In this document: positions 27,784-39,626 of the stretch, one piece after another
Position numbering within the stretch: the stretch's first letter is position 1
How the letters are laid out: each line of letters opens with the position of its first letter
Assembly (NCBI GenBank): GCA_002269645.1
Contig: NIVC01002016.1
Location: 162,336-212,848 of the forward strand
Source: Macrostomum lignano
Lineage: Eukaryota
Reading direction: 5' to 3'
DNA: 50,513 nt
The notes under the pieces: generated by a model
Databases searched by the model: none
Seen by the model: the letters and a program-made list of their open reading frames with translations, nothing else
What the model was told of the DNA's origin: nothing
Program-made: the position numbers and the translations under genes

Positions 27784-30014
27784 ATGCAGGATTGCAGACG
27801 CCACGGTGCAGCAATTGGTGCTTACCAATATCGCTACAATGCCGAGAGCAATCAACAGGCAATGCAGCGCTCTAGTTTTGTTCAAATTGTTGACGCGCCC
27901 TGCGAGAAGCTCCGCGCCTTAATCCGGTCAGCTGGCTGTCGCCTGCTAGCGGAATTCTACCTGTCTGACGGCTCCCGGCTGTGCCAACTGGCCAGCCTAG
28001 AGCAGGCCTTAGCCATTGCCGCCAGGGTTAACAGCGACTGCGGCCGGGCCAGTGTAATCTGGCTAATGCCAATCTCTAGCAGTTCAACAGCTCTGGCTAG
28101 TCAGCATAGGCGAGGATTTTCCCAATTAAACTATCTAATTGTTAAGAGCTCCGATCGGCGAGCGTTACAACGCGCTTTTGACGATGTTGAAGACGACGTA
28201 TTGACCTCTGCAATTAACTGTTCGCCTGTCTCGGCTAACGGATGCTGCTTTCTGGTGCGAAATGCGCGCAATAATTTGACTAGACGCCAATTAGAGTCCA
28301 CTATCCGATGCGCAGACTGCGTTAGTTTCGTCTGGATTGAATCGGACTCGGCTGTCTCTGTGCCAGCTGTCCCCATAGGTGCTGCCGCTTGTGAGGGGTG
28401 CATCGGCTGCATCAGAGATGAACCAGTAAGGTTTATGGCTGGCTTCAGCTTTTATGTAAACTTGTTGGACTCCATGGATATATCTACTGAATGTCCGTCC
28501 AAAAATTGTCTTGAAAGCCTTTCAACAACCGCATGACCTGAAGTGTCTTTAAAATCCCGCCCTGAATTGTCTCTGAAATCCCGCCCTGAATTGTCTCTGA
28601 AATCCCGCCATGAAGTGTCTCTGAAATCCCGATCTGAAGTGTCTTTGAAATCCCGCCCTGAAGTGTCTCTGAAATCTCGCCCTGAAGTGTCTGAAATCCC
28701 GACCTAAAGTTTCTTATCACCCGCTGCCCGTTGCTCCAGGTAGTCACGGATGTGCTTGTCGCTGAAGCCGACAGCCCAAACGCCGTTTTTGAACTGGTTG
28801 CCGGGCCAGTCTGCCGCTGGAGCCTCGGCCCCTTCGATCGCAACATCATGCCAGCTGACCTGGAGAGTCTGGCTCGCAGCCTCATCAGCCCGGATTTACT
28901 TGGCGAAGTCCTGGCTCTGCCCTGCTGCACTAAGGGCGTCATCGGCTGGAAGCTTACAATGACCATGCCGACAGGATTAAGGAGGCGGCCGCTGGTGCCG
29001 GAATTTGGCGCGGTAGACTCCGCGATAAAGCGCGCCGCAGAGTCCCCGGATTGGCGCCGACTGACCGGCAATCTGCCAGTCCTCAGCCGGCCGCGCCTAT
29101 TCGCTGTGCTGCCCGGCCAGCGCGTCCGCTGCCTGTCAATGGCCGACGCCGACTGGGTGCCGCTGTCGGACGCCGAGGCCGCCGCCATGGACTGTCGCTA
29201 CCTGTTTGTCGGCGAGATCAGCAGTCGACTGCCGCTCGGTCAGCTACAGCGTTGCCATGTTCACCGCCTGCTGCCGATACCCTTCGACTGTCTGCTGGCC
29301 GAATTCAGCCGCCCGGCCGACTGTCGCCAGGCTCTGGGCGCTATTCGTGGCCTGCACTCCGGCCGGTGCTGCTGCGTGCACCTGCCCGACTCGCTGCAAC
29401 TGTCCGCCTGCGGCATTAGCCTCCCCGGACATGCCTTCCTACCCTGGCTGGAGCCGCACTGTCAGCTGCCGACCTGGCCGGAAGTGCCGCTGCTGAAAAT
29501 TCCGGACGGTCTGGCCGGCCGGCTCGCGTTTGCGATGCGGTCCAACAACAGGGTCGGCCAGTGGCGGAGCGTCGTCGCCAACGACCGCTGTCAGTTTCTG
29601 CAGGTGTCCGGCTTGGCCAACCCGCCCGTGCCGCTCCGCGTGCTGCTGGCCTACCTGGCCTGCTGCTTCCCGGCCGCCCGCTCCGTCCACCTGCCAGTTG
29701 ACTCCGCCTCCCTGACCGGCCGGTCTGACTCCGCCGTACTGCGCTTCGATCGGTCCGCCGATTGCTCCGACGCTGCAAGCCGAACGCCTCCGACCGGGCT
29801 GAGTCTGCGGCGAGTTCGCCTGCCGCAGGCCTTTCAACTCGGCGACCGACCCCAGCTGCAGCTGCCTGAGCACTCGCTGTTGACTTGGCTGGAGCTGTGC
29901 CAGCCGGAATTTCGACAGGCCGCTCTGGAAGTGCAGCCGCCGGATCCGCCGGTTGATGAGCGGCCGTTTCTGTGCGACTGCCACGATACAGTGTTCGAGT
30001 CGTGCGTGATTTGA
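27784..30014 (+). CDS. Orphan ~638-aa protein with several degenerate RRM-like domains; exons 27784-28425 and 28740-30014
   Basis: Donor CCA|gtaagg (28426) and acceptor ctccag|GTA (28739) join the two ORFs in phase 0. RNP2-like YLFVGEI and FLQVSGL; RNP1/helix-2-like LAEFSRPADCRQAL, AVLRFDRSADCSDA and LCQLASLEQALAIAARVN. Product assignment is by pattern only. Confidence 0.7.
28537..28705. repeat. 24-bp intronic minisatellite
   Basis: CTGAAGTGTCTCTGAAATCCCGCC, about 7 copies, in intron 28426-28739. Confidence 0.9.
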
Positions 30015-30016
30015 GA

Positions 30017-30150
30017 CTGACATTGTCAGGGCAGTGTCAAAGGAGTGTCTGACATTGCCAGGATAGTGTCAAAGGAGTGTCTGACATTGTCAGGGCAGTG
30101 TCAAAGGAGTGTCTTACATTGTCAGGGCATGTGTCAATGGAGTGTTAGGA
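30017..30150. repeat. 32-bp short tandem array
   Basis: CTGACATTGTCAGGGCAGTGTCAAAGGAGTGT, about 4 copies, directly after the stop codon. Confidence 0.9.
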
Positions 30151-30727
30151 CAATGGAGAGTCAAATGAGTGTCAGCTTCAGTGCCAGCAAAGAGGCTTTT
30201 TCTTCACACTTTTCTTGCATTTATGCGCAGCATTTGCTATTCAGCTTATATTATTACGCATTCTGTATGCGGGAGTGCATTAAGGAAGATTTTTAAAGGG
30301 TGCATTTTAGTTATAAACATTCAAACTACTACTTTTGGCTTCATGAGTAATAAATTAAGCATTTTCCAATTGATTTGCTATTAATCATTGTTCTATATCT
30401 ATAATTATGTACTTTAACATCTGTCCGTGCCTGTCCCCGAGTTGAGTCCAACAGGAGGTCCTAGTAGATTTTTCAAGTCATTAGGCGCAGGGAATGGCTA
30501 ATGAGTATCTGCTATTCCTGGCGAGTTCTTTATATATGTGAAGAGGACTGTTATAACAACCTATCGTGTCCTTATCTCTATCTTGTGTCTTAATTAACCT
30601 GTCTGCGTATGTACTTGTTCTGCCAGGCTCAGTCAAACAAAAATATTTTTGAAAATTGTTTGAAATCATTTATTTTCATTTTTCCACTTAAGGGAAAAAT
30701 TGGTCAGAGCTTACTGCCGATTTTTTC

Positions 30728-30935
30728 ATCCCACACCTGAAGTTGAGCATAGCCAACTCATCCCACACCTGAGATTGAGCATGGCCAACTCATCCCACAC
30801 CTGAGATTGAGCATGGCCAACTCATCCCACACCTGAGATTGAGCATGGCCAACTCATCCCACACCTGAGATTGAGCATGGCCAACTCATCCCACACCTGA
30901 AGTTGAGCATGGCCAACTCATCCCATACCTGAGAC
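30728..30935. repeat. 32-bp short tandem array
   Basis: CATCCCACACCTGAGATTGAGCATGGCCAACT, about 6 copies. Confidence 0.93.
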
Positions 30936-31026
30936 ATCCAGCACCTAAAAACTAAGCAATTGTGTGTCTAGCAGAGAGACTAACTAGCAAAGGCAGCCAC
31001 TGCATTCGATCTGTATTGCTTATTTC

Positions 31027-34000
31027 ATGCCAAGCCACCAAAACCAACGCATCTGCGGCCAGGCACTCCCAGCAGCTGAGGAGGTCCTTGGTTCGAGTCT
31101 CGGCGAAGCGGCTGACGAGATCGATGATATTAATAAATATCTGCACCGTTGCCCGCTCTGCTCTGCGAAATTTGTTAACAAATACTCCATGTCGGTTAGT
31201 ATAATCGCCACTAATTTAAAGTTTTGCAACTTGGCTATTATTTGGTGCTTGCTGTTTTTTCGGGTGCATTTCAAAAGCTCGAACTATCGTAATTTTTTAT
31301 CCTTATTTTCACAATGTCGATTTTCGAGTTTCGAGCTCGACAAAATTTCGAGCTTATGGAGATTAGAGCTTACAAAGTTTCGAGCTTGATGATTTTCGAG
31401 TTTATGAAGTTTCGAGCTTGTAAGGTTTCGAGTTCGATAAGTTTCGAGCTTGTGTTTGTGAAGTTTCGAGCTTGTGTTTGTGAAGTTTAAGCTTGTGTTT
31501 GTGAAGTTTCGAGCTTGTGTTGTGAAGTTTCGAGCTTGTGTTTGTGAAGTTTCAAGCTTGTATTTGTGAAGTTTCGAGCTTGTGTTTGTGAAGTTTCAAG
31601 CTTGTATTTGTGAAGTTTCGAGCTTGTGTTTGTGAAGTTTCAAGCTTGTATTTGTGAAGTTTCGAGCTTGTGTTTGTGAAGTTTCAAGCTTGTGTTTGTG
31701 AAGTTTCAAGCTTGTGTTTGTGAAGTTTCGAGCTTGAGAAGTTTCGAGCTTAAGAAGTTTCGAGCTTCTGAAAGCGACTGTCTCTAGCATAAATCTAAAC
31801 AAATTATTAATAATTGATTTTCCTCTTTAGAGACACGTGAGAACTCACCACATTGATGATGACCAGTTCAACTGCGGCCTGTGCGGCAAAGCATTCGATA
31901 ATCGTAAGTCGCCATTCAAACTGGGTGTGTTCTTGCGCTTTTTATATAGTTGTAATTTTCTTGATAGGTAAACTGCTTGTTTAATATTGCCTTTGAAGGA
32001 CCAAGTCAGCTAATTTGCAGTCCGGGGCTTTCATAATTAGACCAGAAATTCCTTGCATGTCGGTTTTTTATAAGCTGGGGGCCATTTTTAAGTATTTTTG
32101 TTTCTTTTCTGCATCTAGGCCGGCTTATATTTAATTACCGACTGTAATTAAGAGCTTCTCTAATTACCTACTCTGGAGAGGGGGACGCCGAATCCAGTTT
32201 TAACCTGGCTCTTGGAGACTTAGAGTGCATGCTCTCTTTTTTAGCTTTGAAACTTTCAGAGGATTTTGTTGGCATTAGCACGCTACTCAGTTTATTAGCA
32301 TTGGCGAGGGAGCTAAAGTGCTGTTTTCATTTTCACACCTGACCCGCGGGACTGAGTTTCAACACGCGAGGTATTCGCACATCTGACTAGGTCTTTTGAG
32401 AATCGCCTCTGCTTTGTAAATAAAATAGGTCACGCATGAGAATCGCCCCTCGCTTTGTAAATAGGTCACGCATGAGAATCGCCCCTCGCTTTGTAAATAA
32501 AATAGGTCACGCATGAGAATCGCCCCAGCTTTGTAAATAAATAGGTCACGCATGAGAATCGCCATAGCTTTGAAAATAAAGAGGTCACGCATGAGAATCG
32601 CCCTAGCTTTGTAAATAAATAGGTCACGCATGAGAATCGCCATAGCTTTGTAAATAAATAGGTCACGCATGAGAATCGCCCCAGCTTTGTGAATAGGTCA
32701 CGCATGAGAATCGCCACAGCTTTGTAAATAAATAGGTCACGCGTGAGAATCGCCACAGCTTTGTAAATAAATAGGTCACGCATGAGAATCGCCATAGCTT
32801 CGTAAATAAATAGGTCACGTATGAAAATCGTCCCTCGCTTTGTAAATAGGTCACGCATGAGAATCGCCATAGCTTTGTAAATAAATAGGTCACGCATGAG
32901 AATCGCCCCAGCTTTGTGAATAGGTCACGCATGAGAATCGCCCCAGCTTTGTGAATAGGTCACGCATGAGAATCGCCACAGCTTTGTAAATAAATAGGTC
33001 ACGCGTGAGAATCGCCACAGCTTTGTAAATAAATAGGTCACGCATGAGAATCGCCACAGCTTTGTAAATAAATAGGTCACGCGTGAGAATCGCCACAGCT
33101 TTGTAAATAAATAGGTCACGCATGAGAATCGCCATAGCTTCGTAAATAAATAGGTCACGCATGAAAATCGTCCCTCGCTTTGTAAATAGGTCACGCATGA
33201 GAATCGCCATAGCTTTGTAAATAAATAGGTCACGCATGAGAATCGCCATAGCTTTGTAAATAAATAGGTCACGCGTGAGAATCGTCACAGCTTTGTAAAT
33301 AAATAGGTCACGCGTGAGAATCGCCACAGCTTCGTAAATAAATAGGTCACGCATGAGAATCGCCATAGCTTCGTAAATAAATAGGTCACGCATGAAAATC
33401 GTCCCTCGCTTTGTAAATAGGTCACGCATGAGAATCGCCCCAGCTTTGTGAATAAATAGGTCACGCATGAGAATCGCCACAGCTTTGTAAATAAATAGGT
33501 CACGCGTGAGAATTGCCACAGCTTTGTAAATAAATAGGTCACGCATGAGAATCGCCCCAGCTTTGTGAATAGGTCACGCATGAGAATCGCCCCAGCTTTG
33601 TGAATAGGTCACGCATGAGAATCGCCATAGCTTTGTAAATAAATAGGTCACGCGTGAGAATCGCCACAGCTTTGTAAATAAATAGGTCACGCATGAGAAT
33701 CGCCACAGCTTTGTAAATAAATAGGTCACGCATGAGAATCGCCATAGCTTTGTAAATAAATAGGTCACGCGTGAGAATCGCCATAGCTTTGTAAATAAAT
33801 AGGTCACGCATGAGAATCGCCACAGCTTTGTAAATAAATAGGTCACGCGTGAGAATTGCCACAGCTTTGTAAATAAATAGGTCACGCATGAGAATCGCCA
33901 TAGCTTTGTAAATAAATAGGTCACGCATGAGAATCGCCCAGCTTTGTAAATAGGTCACGCATGAGAATCGCCCCAGCTTTGAGGCTACATGAGGAGAATA

Positions 34001-35480
34001 TCCCCTCTGACTGACTAAGGCTACGTGAGAATATCCCCTCTGACTAAGGCTACGTGAGGAGAATATCCCCTCTGACTAAGGCTACGTGAGGAGAATATCC
34101 CCTCTGACTAAGGCTACGTGAGGAGAATATCCCCTCTGACTAAGGCTACGTGAGAATATCCCCTCTGACTAAGGCTACGTGAGAATATCCCCTCTGACTA
34201 AGGCTACGTGAGGAGAATATCCCCTCTGACTAAGGCTACGTGAGGAGAATATCCCCTCTGACTAAGGCTACGTGAGAATATCCCCTCTGACTAAGGCTAC
34301 GTGAGGAGAATATCCCCTCTGACTAAGGCTACGTGAGGAGAATATCCCCTCTGACTAAGGCTACGTGAGAATATCCCCTCTGACTAAGGCTACGTGAGGA
34401 GAATATCCCCTCTGACTAAGGCTACGTGAGGAGAATATCCCCTCTGACTAAGGCTACGTGAGGAGAATATCCCCTCTGACTAAGGCTACGTGAGAATATC
34501 CCCTCTGACTAAGGCTACGTGAGGAGAATATCCCCTCTGACTAAGGCTACGTGAGGAGAATATCCCCTCTGACTAAGGCTACGTGAGGAGAATATCCCCT
34601 CTGACTAAGGCTACGTGAGAATATCCCCTCTGACTAAGGCTACGTGAGAATATCCCCTCTGACTAAGGCTACGTGAGGAGAATATCCCCTCTGACTAAGG
34701 CTACGTGAGGAGAATATCCCCTCTGACTAAGGCTACGTGAGGAGAATATCACCTCTGACTAAGGCTACGTGAGGAGAATATCCCCTAGAACAGACCCTAC
34801 TAGCAGCAGTCGCGGCTCTCCTAATCTCCCAAATCCCATTTTCTAACATCTCATTTCTAGACTCAGCCTTTGTCCGCCACCTGCCCAGTCACGCCAGCGC
34901 TCGTCACTACTCGTGCGACAAGTGCAATAAAAGCTACCTGACCAGCTCAGATCTCGCTAAGCATAGGCTAGAAAAGCACAGCCGGCTGTTAAGCCTGAGA
35001 CAGGGCCGCCCTGTATCGGCCTCAGTCAGCGCCAGTGTCGGCAGCAGCAGACCATTCGCCTGTCAGCACTGCCCTTACCAATCCACCACTCTGGGCAATC
35101 TGCGTGCCCACGAATTGTGCCGCCACTCCGGTGGCCAATTATTATTCACCTGTCAGCAGTGCGGCAAAGCATTTTCTAGTCAGTGCGGATTGCTGAAGCA
35201 TCGGGACACTCATTCTACGGATGCCAGACATGCTTGCCGACTGTGCGGTCGCCGATATCGGCACCGGCCTACCCTGAGCCGCCACTTGCGGTTGGCCCAC
35301 TCCGCCGCGCCAGTCCTGGACGAGTCTATGCTGGATCTGCACGATCTCAATCTCAATATTGGTACAGAGGCTGCTCAGCGTATTGCTGGCGAGATTCTGT
35401 CCTGCATACAGGACGAGTCCAGCCTGCCGCCTGGCGGATCCAGCGGCAGTGGAATTGGACACGGGGGCGGCTGTCGCTGA
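31027..35480 (+). CDS. C2H2 zinc-finger protein with 6 fingers; exons 31027-31194, 31831-31903, 34861-35480 (start codon provisional)
   Basis: Splicing rebuilds the fingers: HRCPLCSAKFVNKYSMS|RHVRTH, FNCGLCGKAFDN|HSAFVRHLPSH, YSCDKCNKSY..KH, FACQHCPY..H, FTCQQCGKAF..H, HACRLCGRRY..H. All junctions are GT-AG and phase-compatible. Confidence 0.9.
31262..31780. repeat. 22-bp intronic array with short inverted ends (possible Foldback-like MITE)
   Basis: GTGAAGTTTCGAGCTTGTGTTT units. Left end GGGTGCATTTCAAAAGCTCGAA versus right end TTCGAGCTTCTGAAAGCGACTG; no clean TSD. Confidence 0.6.
32385..33982. repeat. 39-bp (and 35-bp variant) intronic minisatellite
   Basis: AAATAGGTCACGCATGAGAATCGCCATAGCTTTGTAAAT, about 40 copies; source of the MRDLFIYKAMAIL pseudo-ORFs. 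Confidence 0.98.
33983..34786. repeat. 32-bp (and 29-bp variant) intronic minisatellite
   Basis: GACTAAGGCTACGTGAGGAGAATATCCCCTCT, about 25 copies. Confidence 0.98.
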
Positions 35481-35489
35481 TGAAGCTTT

Positions 35490-37160
35490 GTCACTCTTGT
35501 GTCACTCCCAGATCCTCGTGTCTGCAGTCTGTCACTCTCCCAGATACTCGTGTCTATAGTCTGTCACCCTTCCAGATTCCCTTGTCTGTAGTCTTTCACT
35601 CGCCTAGATTGTCTTGTTTGCGATCTGTCACTCTCCCAGATACTCGTGTCTGCAGTCTGTCACTCCCAGATCCTCGTGTCTGCAGTCTGTCACTCTCCCA
35701 GATCCTCGTGTCTATAGTCTGTCACCCTTCCAGATTCCCTTGTCTGTAGTCTTTCACTCGCCTAGATTGTCTTGTTTGCGATCTGTCACTCTCCCAGATC
35801 CTCGTGTCTGCAGTCTGTCACCCTCCCAGATCCTCGTGTCTGCAGTCTGTCACCCTTCCAGATTCCCTTGTCTGTAGTCTTTCACTCGCCTAGATTGTCT
35901 TGTTTGCGATCTGTCACTCTCCCAGATCCTCGTGTCTGCAGTCTGTCACCCACTCAGATCCTCGTGTCTGCAATCTGTCACTGTCCTAGATCCTTGTGTC
36001 TGTAGTCTGTCACTCTCCCAGATTCCCTTGTCTGTAGTCTTTCACTCGCCTAGATTGTCTTGTTTGCGATCTGTCACTCTCCCAGATCCTCGTGTCTGCA
36101 GTCTGTCACCCTCCCAGATCCTCGTGTCTGCAGTCTGTCACCCTTCCAGATTCCCTTGTCTGTAGTCTTTCACTCGCCTAGATTGTCTTGTTTGCGATCT
36201 GTCACTCTCCCAGATCCTCGTGTCTGCAGTCTGTCACCCACTCAGATCCTCGTGTCTGCAATCTGTCACTATCCTAGATCCTTGTGTCTGTAGTCTGTCA
36301 CTCTCCCAGATTCCCTTGTCTGTAGTCTTTCACTCGCCTAGATTGTCTTGTTTGCGATCTGTCACTCTCCCAGATCCTCGTGTCTGCAGTCTGTCACCCT
36401 CCCAGATCCTCGTGTCTGCAGTCTGTCACCCTTCCAGATTCCCTTGTCTGTAGTCTTTCACTCGCCTAGATTGTCTTGTTTGCGATCTGTCACTCTCCCA
36501 GATCCTCGTGTCTGCAGTCTGTCACCCACTCAGATCCTCGTGTCTGCAATCTGTCACTATCCTAGATCCTCGTGTCTGCAGTCTGTCACCCTTCCAGATT
36601 CCCTTGTCTGTAGTCTTTCACTCGCCTAGATTGTCTTGTTTGCGATCTGTCACTCTCCCAGATCCTCGTGTCTGCAGTCTGTCACCCACTCAGATCCTCG
36701 TGTCTGCAATCTGTCACTGTCCTAGATCCTTGTGTCTGTAGTCTGTCACTCTCCCAGATTCCCTTGTCTGTAGTCTTTCACTCGCCTAGATTGTCTTGTT
36801 TGCGATCTGTCACCCACTCAGATCCTCGTGTCTGCAATCTGTCACTGTCCTAGATCCTCGTGTCTGTAGTCTGTCACCCTCCAAGATTCCCTTGTCTGTA
36901 GTCTTTCACTCGCCTAGATTGCCTTGTCTGCGATCTGTCACTCTCCCAGATCTCTGTGTCTGCAGTCTGTCACCCTCCCATATTCTTATGTCTGCCTTCT
37001 GTCACTCTCCTAAATTCCCATGTCTGCAGTGTCACTCTCCCATACTCCCGTCTTCAATCTGTCACTCTCCCATATCCGTGTCTAAAAATCTGTCAATCTC
37101 CCATATTCCCATATCTGCAGTCTGTCACTCTCCCAGATTCCCTTGTTTGCAGTCTCTAAA
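35490..37160. repeat. 32-bp minisatellite with higher-order (128/160/288-bp) structure
   Basis: Base unit TCTGTCACTCTCCCAGATCCTCGTGTCTGCAG; variant units recur at alternating 160- and 128-bp spacing. Confidence 0.95.
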
Positions 37161-39626
37161 GCTGTCACTGACTTTTCACTCCAAATATGACCCTGTATTT
37201 TGCTGTTTTTACCCCCCCCCCTCATATCCATGTGTTATGCGAACTAACTTTTGTCATGTTAGCAAATCTAAGTTTGTGTTATTCATTAGAGAAAACTTTG
37301 TATTTGTGCTGACAATCAAGATTCCATTTTGTATAGTATTGCTCTAATAAATCAATTGGATTCATTGAATTCATTTTAGCTACAATAAATTTGCGTTGTC
37401 CTCTTTGACTTTCACAAAACTTCATTTGCTTGATCAAACACTCGGATTGTTGAAAATCTCCGCAAGAACCTGCTGTGTGCAAGAAACTAGACTAATTAAA
37501 GTGAAGTGGCGATGAAGCTGTTTCCTGTTTTCCCAGGTAGAATTTATCCAGGCCAGGATCAGGGCAAAATGGCTAATGACGCAAAGACAATATACAACTT
37601 AGCATAATGATGGCGCTGTGCTGGAATTTAAGCCAGTAGCCGCATAATTATAATAATTATGCCTTTTGCCTTGACTATTTTTGCACTGGGAAACCTTTTG
37701 TCATCAGTCAGTTCAGCTAATCGGGAGGTCGCAACGCCAGATTGACGTGACTGGATGCTTGTTGCTAGGCCTGGATGAATTACAGGTCTACAATTTCCCC
37801 ATTTCTTCTTAATCACGTGAATCGCAGTGTCGGCACAAAATTACAGGGCCAGCTCAATAGCTCTGACTTTGCCTTTTTGACATCCCCGCATGGGGTAGGG
37901 GATCTTGCACAGTCTTCTGTCGCTTGCGTCCCAGTGTTTGGCCTGGAGGCTTCCTGCGAGCGTTTGGGTAATACAATTATATTTATACAATTATCCTCAA
38001 GTATACGATCAACACGCCTACTGAGTTCTTCGTGTGCTGCAGTTGCTAGGGTGCCGATCAAACTATCGTGCGTGCGTAATGTTTTACGAAATTGCGGTTT
38101 AGCAGCATTTCCGCCTGTCGAAACTACCAAGAGGCTGGGGGACATTTGCTGTACACCTTCTCAAACAAGAATCAAGTCGCCAGGCCTCCGTAATGTCGAG
38201 AAATCCAAAAATTCTGCCAGAAGGTCGGATTCTTCCCGTATGCGCCAGTGTATTCAGTACACCCCTGTGCGCCAACCATCACTGCGCCTCAGTGCAGCCT
38301 GGCAAGCCTCCAAATTTCATCAGCACGCCGACCACATGTGTCTGCGTCAGCTTTGACTTTGTTAGTCACTGGCCTTCACCCAGGCGGAGCTTCTGGACCT
38401 TCAACAGGTAACACCAGCAGGAATTCCCCCCTTTGCTTAGTATTCTTAAGTAAAAATAAGGGCTGGCCAATTTAAAAATCTAACCGTTGCAAAATGCGGA
38501 CCACCTAGTGTGCATGTATATGGAGATATAACTCCCTTATCTTTGTACTGCGTGTGCAAATAGCAATAGGATTTATGGATCGCTAACTGAGAGTTGTGTA
38601 TTTCCCTGTTCAGTAGTCCCTGGTTCGCTATTAATCAATACCGTTATTATTAATCCCTTCGTTTATTTATCTTCTCCCCTCCCCGTCCGAACAGCGCTGG
38701 TGGCTCCGTACGCCGGAATTCGGTCCATCTTGCGACATCCTAGCCATATCTATACCCACGCCGATCGTATTAGAATTTGGAGAGTATAATATATGGATAT
38801 GACGGCATTAAACTGTTACATTTTAGGCGCCTGAAGGAGGGGGTTATCTATCACTGGCAATGCTTATGGCTGTTTTTGTATCTTCTTTCCGCGACTATTC
38901 GCCTGTAGAGATCGGCAGGCACCATTAGCGGCATAAATACTGATGAAGCATATTCCCATACAAGTGAATTTGCTTTAGCCTGGGGGGTTCGGAGATAAGT
39001 GTGTTTTGTATGCCTGTACTTCAATATTTTTATGGGTATGTTTCTATCGGGTCTGATTTGCCTTTCTCCCCACCAATAACTGCCCAATGGCACGATTGTT
39101 GGCCAAATGAGGCGCATCACATCACATACCGGTATTGGTTCTTATGAACTAGAAATTTAGCCAACTGTTTGCCACTGTGTATGTATCCGCTTGTATACAT
39201 ATGTCTTTAGTCAATAATGACAAAATTAGAAAGATTTTGAATCAAGTTCAAAACCTGAGGAACTCACGACGTACGAGAGTATACAGAGCTTATTGTTATT
39301 TTTATTATTGTGTAACTCACCATGACTGTGGTCAAGGACCAATAGTACCAATGGTGACCCATGGTTACGAAGCGGAAAAGGGGAAAGGAAGTGAAAGAAG
39401 ACAATGGGAGAAGATGGAAGGAGAACAAGACAAAGGAAAAGAAAGCCTAATAACTGATCAAGGTGGTCTTTAAGATACCCGGCTCTTGAAAAAAAGATGG
39501 CTTGATGCCAGGATTAACTAATGCTGCAGGTAGAGCATTCAATAATTTAGTGTGTGAATGAAGCACCGCTTCTGTTGCTCTTGTTCTAGAGAAAGGAATC
39601 TTGAAGGAGAATCTGTGCTGGACTAG

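Noticed and set aside
32359-33958. MRDLFIYKAMAIL repeat ORFs
   Set aside because: Intronic 39-bp minisatellite; the flanking exons splice cleanly around it.
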